Shown in pieces: positions 1-9,320 of a stretch of 64,000 bases of DNA; position 1 is the stretch's first letter; every line of letters begins with the position of its first letter. Where the stretch lies: positions 2,059,670 through 2,123,669 of the forward strand of contig OY761541.1 in assembly GCA_963664625.1 (NCBI GenBank), written 5' to 3'. A program made the position numbers and the translations under genes. This DNA is from Dehalococcoidia bacterium (GTDB lineage: Bacteria; Chloroflexota; Dehalococcoidia; Lucifugimonadales; UBA3495). The notes beneath the pieces were generated by a model. That model saw nothing but the letters and a program-made list of their open reading frames with translations, was not told where the DNA came from and made no database searches.

Positions 1-177
1 GAATACCCGATAGGGGAGACCCGATTACGACTGGAAAACCAGGAGGGGACAGTACGGGTAATGTTCGCCCCGGACGATGAAATCCCCCTCATAGGCGCAA
101 CCACATTGGAGATATTGATGCTGGGAATAGACCCGGTTGCGGAAAAGCTGGTGCCGGTGATTGCTCTCCGGAAATGA
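1..177 (+). CDS. retropepsin-like (clan AA) aspartyl protease, C-terminal fragment; 5' end lies outside the window
   Basis: Frame 1 is open from the window edge to TGA 175-177. The translation ...RLRLENQEGTVRVMFAPDDEIPLIGATTLEILMLGIDPVAEKLVPVIALRK aligns collinearly with the C-terminus of ORF 205-561. Confidence 0.6.
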   Translation, partial: EYPIGETRLRLENQEGTVRVMFAPDDEIPLIGATTLEILMLGIDPVAEKLVPVIALRK

Positions 178-204
178 TGTATTGATTACCTGTGTAGAGG
201 GAGC

Positions 205-561
205 ATGAGCACATTCACAGTTAGCCTGGAAATCGCCGATCGCTTTCGAGAACAACACATTACCCTCGAAGCCTTGGTTGATACCGGGGCTACATATACT
301 TCCGTGCCAAGGGGCACCCTGACCGGATTGGGAATAGAGCAGATAGAAATCCGCAGATTCAGGTTAGCCGACAACCGTCTAGTAGAGTACCCAATGGGCG
401 AAGCGCGTTTACGTCTGGATGGCCGGGAGTTCACTGCTCCGGTGATTTTCGCGTCTGACGACGGCCCGGCACTGGTGGGAATGACCACCTTGGAGATTTT
501 TGGTCTGGGGGTGGACCCCATTGAAGAAAAGCTAGTGCCTGTGATTGCTTTGGGGCGGTGA
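205..561 (+). CDS. retropepsin-like aspartyl protease (single DTG lobe)
   Basis: 118 aa with LVDTGATYT, the D-T-G-A active-site signature. The size fits one retropepsin lobe. It is a tandem paralogue of 1-177 and overlaps the next gene by 4 nt. Confidence 0.7.
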   Translation: MSTFTVSLEIADRFREQHITLEALVDTGATYTSVPRGTLTGLGIEQIEIRRFRLADNRLVEYPMGEARLRLDGREFTAPVIFASDDGPALVGMTTLEIFGLGVDPIEEKLVPVIALGR

Positions 562-1484
562 CGGTATTTGAAGAGTTCCGTCGCATGACCGCTTGCTATC
601 CTGTACTTGAAGTACAACCGGAGTGGGTAATTGAGTCGGAAAATATGGGAAGCAAGGAGAAATCCTGGTACTTGGTTCCAGAACTCAATGAATCGAATTG
701 GTTGCTAAAATATCCTCGTCGGCCGGGCAGCGGTGAGCATTGGGCGGAAAAGATAACTTCCGAAGTGGCGAAAATCCTTGGAATTCCATGCGCTCGGGTA
801 GAGTTGGCCAGATTTAATAATCGAGTTGGCTCAGTAACTGAGAATATAGTACCCGATGATCAAGAGTTGGTTCATGGCAACGAAGTCCTCGAATATCATG
901 TCCCACAACCTGACGCTAGGGTTTTGAACTTTCGTCTTTCCGATCACACTCTGCAAAACATCTGGGCAGCCTTGGACAACGCTTTTGAATCCGACCGTGA
1001 TGCGGTTGAAGCCAAAGGTCAGTTTTCTCACTATCTGGTGCTCGACGCAGTAGTCGGCAACGTTGACCGGCACTCCGAGAATTGGGGCTTGTTGCAATTG
1101 CAAGGCGGTGATCAATTAGTGGAGTCGCTTTCTCCGTCATATGATCATGGCTCTTCCTTGGGGCGGGAGCTTTCCGACGAACGCAGGGAGCAACGCTTGG
1201 CAAATGGGAGCGTAGGCGAATATGCCGAGAGAGGGCGAGGGGGTGTTTACTGGTCGGATGCCGATAGATATGGCCCAAGCGCTTTGCAGTTGGTCCGCCT
1301 GGCGTCTGGTGAGTACCCAGCATTATTGCTTCCCGCCATCGAAAATCTAAGGCAATTAGACGACGTGACTCTGCACCACATTGTTAGCAAGGTGCCCAAC
1401 GATTGGATGTCAGAGTTGGCTAAGTCATTCGCATTGGAGTTGATGAGTTACAATCGCGAACAGTTACGAGGGGTTGTCCGGTGA
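558..1484 (+). CDS. HipA-like Ser/Thr kinase (kinase core only)
   Basis: VGNVDRHSENWGLL matches the HipA_C catalytic GN-DRH-N motif. It has 4-nt overlaps with both neighbouring genes. At 308 aa it lacks the N-terminal subdomain of full-length HipA. Confidence 0.75.
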   Translation: MTVFEEFRRMTACYPVLEVQPEWVIESENMGSKEKSWYLVPELNESNWLLKYPRRPGSGEHWAEKITSEVAKILGIPCARVELARFNNRVGSVTENIVPDDQELVHGNEVLEYHVPQPDARVLNFRLSDHTLQNIWAALDNAFESDRDAVEAKGQFSHYLVLDAVVGNVDRHSENWGLLQLQGGDQLVESLSPSYDHGSSLGRELSDERREQRLANGSVGEYAERGRGGVYWSDADRYGPSALQLVRLASGEYPALLLPAIENLRQLDDVTLHHIVSKVPNDWMSELAKSFALELMSYNREQLRGVVR

Positions 1485-2221
1485 GTACGAAGACGGTGTT
1501 TCTTGCTTGGCAGGACAAAGCAGAGAGCCGCCATTGGTTTCCCGTAGGTAGGCTGGATGCTGATTCGGATTGCTCCAATTACCGCTTCCGGTACACTGGT
1601 GGAATGTTGCGGGCACAGAAAGAGGCCGGGTTTCGGCCTATAATCAGTTTCCCTGATTTGCATAAAGACTATCGCTCGGCCAAACTCTTTGCCTTGTTCA
1701 GCAACCGCGTCATGTGGTCAAGCCGGCCGGACTTCCCTGCATACCTGCAATCTATGGACTTGCCCAAGGACGCCGATCCCATGGACATGCTGGCGGTAAG
1801 CGGAGGTTCCCGGATAACCGATTCTTATGAGGTATTCCCCAAGCTATTGAAGAACCCCAATGGTGCATTTGTGTGCCGGTTCTTTCTGCATGGAGGCCGC
1901 CACGTTAGCCCCTTTGCGCAAGAGAGGCTAAAAACCTTGAATCAAGGTGAAAAGTTGTACGCGGCAGTAGAACTAACCAATCCCCTCGGCGAATTGGCTT
2001 TTCAAATCCAGACGGACGACTATCAAATGATAGGATGGTCCCCACGTTATCTGGCGCCGGACTTGGTCAAAGTCGAAGCACCCGGTTCACTGACGCTGAA
2101 GGTAGTCCGCGTCAACCCGATGCCAACCCCGTCCGAGCAGCGCGTTCTGGTCGAACTAAGCGGTCGATGGGGAAAACACGAGCCGATGACTGGCCCGGAT
2201 TTCCAGCCACTCGTTGATTAG
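1481..2221 (+). CDS. HipS-like N-terminal domain fused to a HIRAN-like domain (putative partner of the kinase)
   Basis: It overlaps the kinase stop. The N-terminus (VFLAWQD...WFPVGRL...YRFRYTGG...LFALFSNR) resembles the HipA N-subdomain. The C-terminus (LHGGRHV...LNQGEKLYAAVELTNPLGELAFQIQTDDYQMIGWSPRYLA) has a HIRAN-like pattern. The domain call is from memory of these patterns. Confidence 0.45.
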   Translation: MSTKTVFLAWQDKAESRHWFPVGRLDADSDCSNYRFRYTGGMLRAQKEAGFRPIISFPDLHKDYRSAKLFALFSNRVMWSSRPDFPAYLQSMDLPKDADPMDMLAVSGGSRITDSYEVFPKLLKNPNGAFVCRFFLHGGRHVSPFAQERLKTLNQGEKLYAAVELTNPLGELAFQIQTDDYQMIGWSPRYLAPDLVKVEAPGSLTLKVVRVNPMPTPSEQRVLVELSGRWGKHEPMTGPDFQPLVD

Positions 2222-2250
2222 TTGCTCTTGACCGTGGAGCGGTTTGCCGA

Positions 2251-3222
2251 CTAACTTCGAGTTTGGTTGCCCACCTTGCGCACGACCCTCACCAGCGGCC
2301 TTAACTTGGCTTTCAAACTGAACCGCCTACGAACGTTGTTCGCCACCAGTGGGGCCAAGTGCCTGTTTCCAGCCACCAGTGGCGCTGTCATGGCGCGCAG
2401 TTCCTTCATGGTGGGTGTCTTTTGGTCCCATGACGGGACCAGGCTGTCCAAGGGGCGCCATCGCTTGTCGCCCCGGAAGCGTGTCATTACCGTGCCGCCG
2501 GCCTCGGCCACCGCCAAGGCTCCCCCGGCCATGTCCCACAGCTTTGGAGCGCCGAAGATCGCGTACTGCATCACGCCTCGGGCTGTCATGGCCAGTTCGT
2601 AGGCGATGCTGCCGGTGGTCCTGGGTTCGCCGGCCTTGTCGGCCAGTCGCTTGGAGAACCTGTTGGCGACGCCGAAGTAGCCCGGTACCCCTATGAGACG
2701 GTTGGGTACCGGCTCCTGGGTCTCGTAGACGGCTACCGGATCGTCGTCGGCGAAGCATCCGTTGCCCTTGGAGCAATGCAAGACGAACCCGCCGCCGCCC
2801 GTCGGCCAAGGCACGTACAGGGCGCCCGCGATTGGCCTGCCCCGGTACAGAACGCCGATGGACGAGGCGAAAACCGGCAGGCCGTTCAGGAAATTGGTTG
2901 TCCCGTCCAACGGGTCCAGCACCCACAGAATGTCGCGGGCAGGAGCTTCCGACTCGGCCTCTTCTTTAGAGGCCGTTTCTTCCCCGAGGATGCCGTGCGC
3001 TGGGAACCGCTTGGTTATCTCGGCGACCAAGTATTCTTGGCAGGCCTTGTCGGCTTGGGTCACCGGGTCGCGCTCCTTCTTGTCCTTGTACTCCACGGCA
3101 ATCTGCCGGCCGAAGTGTTCCACCAGAATCCGCCCGGCGCCGCGGGCCAGGTCCACCGCGTGGCGTTCGATTTCACGGGCTAAGGCATCGTCAAAAGGCT
3201 GTAAAGTTATCTCAATTGCCAT
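2251..3222 (-). CDS. inositol monophosphatase family protein
   Basis: WVLDPLDGTTNF motif. I moved the start to the internal ATG at 3222 (MAIEITLQPF...); the longer 369-aa ORF has an implausible leader. Confidence 0.8.
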   Translation of the reverse strand: MAIEITLQPFDDALAREIERHAVDLARGAGRILVEHFGRQIAVEYKDKKERDPVTQADKACQEYLVAEITKRFPAHGILGEETASKEEAESEAPARDILWVLDPLDGTTNFLNGLPVFASSIGVLYRGRPIAGALYVPWPTGGGGFVLHCSKGNGCFADDDPVAVYETQEPVPNRLIGVPGYFGVANRFSKRLADKAGEPRTTGSIAYELAMTARGVMQYAIFGAPKLWDMAGGALAVAEAGGTVMTRFRGDKRWRPLDSLVPSWDQKTPTMKELRAMTAPLVAGNRHLAPLVANNVRRRFSLKAKLRPLVRVVRKVGNQTRS

Positions 3223-3371
3223 GAATGCAAGGGTAGAACACCCCATACAAGCGGTCAAGCCGCCGCTGTCAGTGGTTTTGGAACGTTGGCCGGGGCAAGG
3301 CGGGCTGTTATAATCGGCGTGGTTCAACGCAGCCGCAGCCTCACATTCGAGGCGCGGCATGAGGGGTAGAT

Positions 3372-4163
3372 ATGGACCTGGAATTGAAAGGCAAGGTGGC
3401 TATAGTCGGCGGCGCTAGCAAGGGGCTGGGAAGGGCCTGCGCCGACGTTCTGGCCCAGGAAGGGGTGCAGGTCGCCGTATGCAGCCGCACCGAGGCCGAC
3501 CTGCATCAGGCAGCCGAGGAGATTCGCCAGAGCACCGGGGCGGATGTCATGGAGTACCCGGGCGATCTGGACAAGCATGAGACCATCCAGGCGCTGGTGG
3601 CCGCTACGGTGGAGCGGTTTGGCCGCTTGGACATAATGATCAACAATTCCGGCGGGCCGCCGTTGGGCCGGGCCGCCACTGCCGATGAAGACCAGTGGGA
3701 AACAGCAGTGCAGCGTTCCCTGATGTTCTTCGCCCGCATGTCCCGCGAGGCTCTTCCCCACCTGCGACGGCAGGGCGGGGGCCGCATCATCAACATCCTG
3801 GCCAGCACGGTATACCAGCCCATCCCCAACTTAGCGTTATCCGGCGCCACCCGGATGGGCGTGGTAGCCTACGCCAAGAGCTTGGCCGACGAGGTTGGCC
3901 GGGACAACATACTGGTGAACAACGTCTGCCCCGGCTCCATCCTCAGCGACCGGATGATGTCCAACGTGACCTCCCGCGCCAACGAGCTGGGCATCCCTGT
4001 TGAGGAGGCCCTTGCCCAAAGAGCGGCGGAGACTGCCTTGGGGCGGGTGGGCCAACCCGAAGAACTGGCCCATCTGGTGGCGTTCTTGGCGTCCAGCAAG
4101 TCCAGCTACATCACCGGAACCACCATCCTGGTGGACGGAGGCTTGGTCCGCTCGGTGATGTAA
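3372..4163 (+). CDS. SDR family oxidoreductase
   Basis: GGASKGLG Rossmann motif and NNSGG, 263 aa. Confidence 0.85.
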   Translation: MDLELKGKVAIVGGASKGLGRACADVLAQEGVQVAVCSRTEADLHQAAEEIRQSTGADVMEYPGDLDKHETIQALVAATVERFGRLDIMINNSGGPPLGRAATADEDQWETAVQRSLMFFARMSREALPHLRRQGGGRIINILASTVYQPIPNLALSGATRMGVVAYAKSLADEVGRDNILVNNVCPGSILSDRMMSNVTSRANELGIPVEEALAQRAAETALGRVGQPEELAHLVAFLASSKSSYITGTTILVDGGLVRSVM

Positions 4164-4227
4164 TCGTAACTGTACCTACAGTGTCGAAGTCCTGTTATCC
4201 AGCGGCTTGAATCAAAGGAGAAACCGT

Positions 4228-4875
4228 ATGTTGGCGTTCCTGGGAGGCACGGGACCCGAAGGCAAAGGCCTTGCGTTGCGGCTGGCCGCGGCGGGTGAGC
4301 ACGCGATTATCGGCTCCCGGGATGCCGGCAGGGCCTCCGCGGCCGCGGACGAACTGAAGGCGGCAGTGTCCAGTGCTCAAATTGAGGGCGCCGACAACGC
4401 CGGGGCGGCAGCGCAAGCCGACGTTGTGTTCCTGACCTTCCCTTATGAAGGCCAGAAGCCCACGTTGGAACCGTTGCGGGACGCGCTGGCCGGCAAGGTA
4501 GTGGTCGATTGCGTCGCTCCCATGAGCTTCCAGCGAGGCCGCGGCGCCAGCGCGGTGGAAGTGGAGGCCGGATCCGCCGCTCAGGAAGCCCAGGACATCC
4601 TTCCCGATGCCAAGGTGGTGGCCGCCTTCCAGAACGTCAGCGCCGAGGAGTTGCAGCAACTTGGCACTGCGATGGAAGGGGACGTGGTAGTATGCTCAGA
4701 CCACCAGGACGCCAAGGAACTGGTGATGGAATTGGTGAAGAAAATCCCCGAGTTGCGTCCGGTGGACGGCGGAGGACTGGCCAACGCCAAGTACGTCGAG
4801 CAGATTACGCCGATGCTGGTCAACATCAACCGCATCTACAGGATTCACGCCGGAATCAAGATTACGGGCCTTTAG
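4228..4875 (+). CDS. NADPH-dependent F420 reductase (F420:NADP oxidoreductase family)
   Basis: MLAFLGGTGPEGKGLALRLAAAGEHAIIGSRD is a typical NpdG/Fno N-terminus. About 215 aa. Confidence 0.75.
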   Translation: MLAFLGGTGPEGKGLALRLAAAGEHAIIGSRDAGRASAAADELKAAVSSAQIEGADNAGAAAQADVVFLTFPYEGQKPTLEPLRDALAGKVVVDCVAPMSFQRGRGASAVEVEAGSAAQEAQDILPDAKVVAAFQNVSAEELQQLGTAMEGDVVVCSDHQDAKELVMELVKKIPELRPVDGGGLANAKYVEQITPMLVNINRIYRIHAGIKITGL

Positions 4876-4877
4876 AG

Positions 4878-4992
4878 CCTATCCGAAAATACCCATCGTC
4901 ACTCCCGCGAAAGCAGGAGTCCAGTGTGCCAAGTAGCGGATTCCTGCCTGCGCGGGAATGACGGAAAGTGTCCAACTTGATTATCGGATAGG
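4878..4992. repeat. MITE-like composite repeat, copy 1 (115 bp, 9-bp terminal inverted repeats CCTATCCGA/TCGGATAGG)
   Basis: Nearly collinear with 47566-47681 (roughly 85-90% identity by eye). It carries two oppositely oriented REP-like hairpins and begins 3 nt after the stop of 4228-4875. Confidence 0.8.
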
Positions 4993-5043
4993 TGCTTAGC
5001 CTACTGAATATCCCAAGCTTCTGAAACCGTAAGGGAGGCAGTC

Positions 5044-5586
5044 ATGCCGAGGGTGACTATAGACCTGAACCATCCGGATGGCCAAGCGTTAGTCAACGCC
5101 CAGTGGAAGTCCGCCCAAGGTTACGTTCCCGGGGAACCCAATTTCGGCATGGTGCAGGGGGCTGTAGGCAGCCCGGCAAGGCTGCCGGACTACGACGACT
5201 CGTCATGGGAGGTATGCCCCGACGTTGGGGCTTGGGTGAAGACCGGCGCCGACTACCTGACCGGCTTCGCCTTTATGTGGTACCGCATCACAATTACCTT
5301 ACCCGAGACCGTTGCGGGGCGCGACGTCTCCCGCACCCGGGTCAACTTCGAGACGTGCGTCGACGACTACGGCGAAGTTTGGGTTGACGGAAGTTGCGAC
5401 CTGGAACGGGGCGCGGTGGAGGGTTTCAACAGGCCGCAGCGTGTGCCGGTGAGCGCTAATCCCCAGCCGGGAGACCGGCACACTATCGCCATCCTGGCGG
5501 CCAACGGGCCGCTTGGCGCGCCCGGCGGCGGGGTGTTCGTGCGTTTTACCGCCTTGAACTTCGAGTGGCGCGATGACGATCCGTAG
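5044..5586 (+). CDS. hypothetical protein (possible galactose-binding-like beta-sandwich)
   Basis: 180-aa ORF with coding-like composition and AGGGAGG upstream of the ATG. No firm motif. Confidence 0.55.
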   Translation: MPRVTIDLNHPDGQALVNAQWKSAQGYVPGEPNFGMVQGAVGSPARLPDYDDSSWEVCPDVGAWVKTGADYLTGFAFMWYRITITLPETVAGRDVSRTRVNFETCVDDYGEVWVDGSCDLERGAVEGFNRPQRVPVSANPQPGDRHTIAILAANGPLGAPGGGVFVRFTALNFEWRDDDP

Positions 5587-5594
5587 GTTGCGGT

Positions 5595-5867
5595 CTACCG
5601 GAGAAAGTCGTCATCCTCTTCTTCGTCATCCAACTCCTGTAGCTCGTATCCCATAGCTTCAAGCTCCGCTTGGAGGCGGGCGGTAAAGTCTTCCAGCAGC
5701 TCCGTCTCCGGCAGGGTGATTTCAACGGTGTTGTCCCCCGCGCGGCCTATGGAACCAGGGTCTTCCTTGGTCAACTCCACCCGCACAGACTCGCGGTGAA
5801 TGCCCATACGGTCGGTCACCGAAAAGACGGCGGCCATGTCGTCCATGTTGATGATCTGGTCCGGCAT
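5595..5867 (-). CDS. small acidic hypothetical protein
   Basis: Start chosen at MPDQIINMDD with GAGGTG about 8 nt upstream. C-terminus is DDEEEDDDFLR. Confidence 0.45.
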   Translation of the reverse strand: MPDQIINMDDMAAVFSVTDRMGIHRESVRVELTKEDPGSIGRAGDNTVEITLPETELLEDFTARLQAELEAMGYELQELDDEEEDDDFLR

Positions 5868-5988
5868 GTCAAACGCACCTCGTTCCTTGCTTGGCGGAAC
5901 TTTCATTGCATAGCGTGAAAAAGACCCGCCTGCCGGGTTGCATTCTCCGATAGACGGGTCTCGCGCTTCAGCCAATAGGGGAAACGGC

Positions 5989-6615
5989 TTACGGTTCAGG
6001 CGGCCATTTGGTGCCGCCCACCGCGGGACGTTGTTCCTGGGGCAGGTGCAGGCCTTCGGATACCGTGCGGTTGAAGGCCTCCAGGATCACGTCGCCCCAC
6101 TCCTGAGCGTGGGACACCCTGAACGCGGTCCTCTTGCCCCGACCCATGGTCCGGCGGTTCTCCTCGCTCTCGTTGGCTACTTCCTGGGCGATGGCTTCAT
6201 CCATAGCGTCGATGGAGGGCACCAACTCGTTGGCCGTTTCCACGAACCGGGCTACCTCGTTCATGGAGGAGTCCAGCACCACGAACACCGGTACCGTGCC
6301 GGCGCGATTCTCGGGCAGGAAGCTGTCGGTCAGTTCCAGTTCCTCGTCGCGGTTGAACACCTGCACGGTGAGGCCCGGCGTGCTCTCGGCCAAGCGCATG
6401 ATCACCGGCGAGGTGCTTACGGCGTCGCCGCACCAGTCGGCGGTAAAGACGGCCAGCCGCAGCGGCTCGTCCAGCCCGTCGAAAATGGATGTGGCCCCCT
6501 CCGGTATCTTGACGGTGTTGTAGATGTCCGTGATTGGCTGTTTGTTGACCTTGACTTGGTCCAAATACTCTTGGGGAGACATTCCTTGGTTGAATTTCTC
6601 TTCGCTCAGCGCCAT
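5989..6615 (-). CDS. thioredoxin-fold family protein
   Basis: FTADWCGDAV has a thioredoxin-like WCGD motif. Start moved to the ATG at 6615 (MALSEEKF...). Confidence 0.65.
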   Translation of the reverse strand: MALSEEKFNQGMSPQEYLDQVKVNKQPITDIYNTVKIPEGATSIFDGLDEPLRLAVFTADWCGDAVSTSPVIMRLAESTPGLTVQVFNRDEELELTDSFLPENRAGTVPVFVVLDSSMNEVARFVETANELVPSIDAMDEAIAQEVANESEENRRTMGRGKRTAFRVSHAQEWGDVILEAFNRTVSEGLHLPQEQRPAVGGTKWPPEP

Positions 6616-6885
6616 GACGGCCTGCCTCCTCGGATAGAATTGCTTCCACAGCTTCAGGTGTGGCGTATCACGGGCTAGTTTCTCAATTATGAGCGTGTTT
6701 GGCAATGCCGCAGCCCGACCGTTTAACGTTGAGGCCTTTTCATTCCCTCGTCTTTCCCGATCAGGCGGGAAACCATACAGGCTTGCCATGAGAAGGTTGC
6801 CATAGGCCTGTGTTGCGTCAATTCGACATAATGCTAGAATTAGATTCGCGGAGTTGAATGCCCCAGTACCACGCCCCGGAAAGGA

Positions 6886-7332
6886 GTGTCCCGTTTGTCC
6901 AGCGACCAGGATGACGCCTATCTGAAATACGCCCTTTTTTGCCGTGACACGGAGGAGCTACCGGACGGAAACATCGTCCTGAAGGAATTGGTCGACCTGA
7001 TCGACCTCCCTGTCCCCGAAAACACCGAAGAAAGAGAAAGTCCCGTCGTTGCGGAAGTCGACCTGCAACTGGCGTTCTGCATCGGAGGCGCCGCTCCAGG
7101 GACGCACCACCTTCTGGTGGCCATCAAAGCTCCCGGCGCGCCGTTAGACCCGCCGCCTCCCCAACGTATCGAATGGGAAGAGGGGATCCTGTTCCAACGC
7201 TGGATCAAGCTTTTCAGGATCCCCGTCCAGAGGGAAGGCCCCCACGTTGCCGCCATACTGCTTGACGGACTCCCGTTGGGCGAGGGCAGTTTCCTGGTGC
7301 GGTTCAAACCCGGGGGAGCCAGTAGCGGTTAA
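6886..7332 (+). CDS. hypothetical protein
   Basis: 148-aa ORF with AAGGAG upstream. The start could be GTG 6886 or TTG 6895. Confidence 0.5.
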   Translation: MSRLSSDQDDAYLKYALFCRDTEELPDGNIVLKELVDLIDLPVPENTEERESPVVAEVDLQLAFCIGGAAPGTHHLLVAIKAPGAPLDPPPPQRIEWEEGILFQRWIKLFRIPVQREGPHVAAILLDGLPLGEGSFLVRFKPGGASSG

Positions 7333-7358
7333 ACCTGAGGCGGACCCTGACTCAAATT

Positions 7359-7384
7359 GTCATTCCCGAGAAGGCGGGAATCCA
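7359..7384. repeat. REP-like hairpin repeat (GTCATTCCCGnGAAGGCGGGAATCCA family)
   Basis: gtcattcccgagaaggcgggaatcca. Confidence 0.85.
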
Positions 7385-7494
7385 CCTGACGGCTGCCACT
7401 GGGGATACCATCGCGTGCCGAGGCCAAGTTGAACGGCAAGCTGGGCGTCTTTATAATGTCGAAAAATTCAGGCTTGATAACGGGAGTTGATCAG

Positions 7495-7611
7495 GTGGCC
7501 AACCAGACAGGAAAACGGTATTTTTGCGCCCAATGCGGGTCGGAGTTCATAGTCACCAAGGGCGGCGAGGGTTCGGTGCATTGTTGCCGTCAGCCCATGC
7601 AGCAGAAGTAG
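7495..7611 (+). CDS. desulforedoxin-like Cys4 mini-protein, copy 1
   Basis: GTG start with GGGAG 8 nt upstream. VANQTGKRYFCAQCGSEFIVTKGGEGSVHCCRQPMQQK has C-x2-C-x15-CC spacing, as in desulforedoxin and the N-domain of desulfoferrodoxin. Confidence 0.55.
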   Translation: MANQTGKRYFCAQCGSEFIVTKGGEGSVHCCRQPMQQK

Positions 7612-7664
7612 CGGCGAGCCGACATCGGGGCAATGCCCGCCAATTCCAATTGAGGAGCTAGTCC

Positions 7665-7808
7665 ATGGCTAACGAACTGGGAAAGCGGTACACCTGTAGC
7701 AGTTGCGGCAGCAGCGTGCTGTGCACCAAGAGCGGCGAAGGAGTAATCAACTGCTGTGACGCCGAGATGGAGTTGCAGGAGCCGCGCAAGCTTCCGTCAT
7801 CGGACTGA
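7665..7808 (+). CDS. desulforedoxin-like Cys4 mini-protein, copy 2 (absent from the ORF track, 47 aa)
   Basis: ATG preceded by GAGGAG. MANELGKRYTCSSCGSSVLCTKSGEGVINCCDAEMELQEPRKLPSSD is a paralogue of 7495-7611 with the same Cys spacing. Confidence 0.55.
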   Translation: MANELGKRYTCSSCGSSVLCTKSGEGVINCCDAEMELQEPRKLPSSD

Positions 7809-7843
7809 GTAACGGTCTCAAGACTTTGCGCATTGTCCATCCC

Positions 7844-7869
7844 GTCATTGCCGCGAAGACGGGAATCCA
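7844..7869. repeat. REP-like hairpin repeat (degenerate)
   Basis: gtcattgccgcgaagacgggaatcca. Confidence 0.7.
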
Positions 7870-7957
7870 TATACTCCAGCAGAAACAGTTGATTTTTGAG
7901 ATAGTTTATAAATCGCCAGTCCAGTAAAGACGCCTGTTTCGGACAGCAGGCGGTGGC

Positions 7958-7996
7958 AGAAAAAAGCAACCCCCTCCCTTAGCAAGGAGGGGGTTG
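7958..7996 (-). terminator. Rho-independent terminator candidate downstream of the LLM pseudogene
   Basis: 11-bp perfect stem caaccccctcc/ggagggggttg (7967-7977 and 7986-7996). On the minus strand it is followed by CTTTTTTCT. Confidence 0.6.
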
Positions 7997-8024
7997 TTGA
8001 TTGCACCGGGTACAGGGCTGCGGC

Positions 8025-9096
8025 CTACTGGAAGTAGGGCAGAACGTGGCGGCCCATCAGCTTGATGGAGTCCATGATGCGGGTGTGTTCCAGCCTGCCG
8101 GGCTGTACGAAACAGAGGACCTGGTCAACGCCGGCCTCTTGATACTTCTTCATAACCTCGATGATCGTGTCCGGGTTGCCCATCGCGAAGGCCCCTGACG
8201 CCAAATGGTCTTCGGCGGTCTTGTCGGCCCGTTCCGTTTGGATGGCGTCCACGGCAAATCGGTATGAGTCGGGCACCTTCCTTCCGGCCCAGGGCGCGTA
8301 CAGGTTCTCCGCCTGTTGCACGAACCACGCCCCTTCCGGCGCTCCTACCCTGCGGGCCTCCTCGTCGTCCTCGGCACAGTGGACGATGCACAGCGCGGCC
8401 ACTTGGTTGTTGACGAACGAACCGACAGGGTTGGCGTTCTTTACCGCCTCCTTGTAAGCGGCGACTCGCTCCTCCATCTGGGCGTAGCCGCCGAGGTTGA
8501 AGCACAGGACCCCCAAGCCCAACTCGCCCGCTTGCCGGAAGGAGTCTGGCTGGCTACAGGCAACCCACATGGGCGGGTGGGGTTGCTGGACAGGCTTGGG
8601 GATTACAGAGCGCTCGGGGATGTTGAAGAATTCCCCTTGGTGGGAGAAGGGGTCCTCGGTCCACATTTTGGGAATCATGCCGATGGCTTCCCGCCACTGG
8701 GGCCCGGGTCTCTTCCGGGTCAACCTCGAAGCCGTCCATCTCGATCAGCGTGGTAGACCTTCCGGTTCCCAGGTCCATGCGCCCGTCGCTCAGGATGTCC
8801 AGCACCGCGGCCCGCTCCGCCACCCTCACCGGGTGGTTGTACTGGCCCGGCAGCAACGCCACGGCGTGGCCGATGCGGATGCGCTTGGTGCGCTGGGAAA
8901 TGGCGCCGTACAGCACTTCCGGCGCCGAGCAGTGAGAAAACTCTCTCAGGAAGTGGTGTTCCACCGTCCAGAAATAGTCGAAGCCCACCTCGTCGGCCAA
9001 GTCCACCTGAGCCAGCACCTGCTTGTACCGTTCCGCTTCCACGCCGGGATAGTGGGGTTCGGGAATCTGTATTTCGTACATCAGTCCGAATTTCAT
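8025..9096 (-). pseudogene. LLM-class (luciferase-like) flavin/F420-dependent oxidoreductase, frameshifted
   Basis: The N-terminal half (8554-9096, MKFGLMYEIQ...GFEVDPEETR) and C-terminal half (8025-8723, ...QWREAIGMIPKMWTEDPFSHQGEFF...) are collinear parts of one LLM protein in two frames. The switch lies in the run cccgggcccc near 8700-8712. Confidence 0.8.
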
Positions 9097-9320
9097 AGCG
9101 TTTCATCCTCTCTATGGGACGTTTGCGGGCATTCTAGCACAGGACGTATGGTACCATGTTATTTTAGCGTCCAACTCACCAGTCTTGTTATTCGTTTAGC
9201 GGACTCATAGCCGAAGTTAAACTACGAATACACTGACTATGGCTGAAGCGACTCCAGACCAGGAGCGGACTAATTAGGGCGGGGAGGGCACTGAGCTTGG
9301 GTAATGAGGTAGGACAAGCA

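Noticed and set aside
7658-7969. 103-aa minus-strand ORF containing DSRLRGNDG
   Set aside because: It is antisense to the second desulforedoxin-like gene and runs through a REP. The RLRGND peptide is the standard REP pseudo-translation. ORFs 28664-29353, 16444-16848, 50250-50531 and 25048-25557 were rejected on the same logic.
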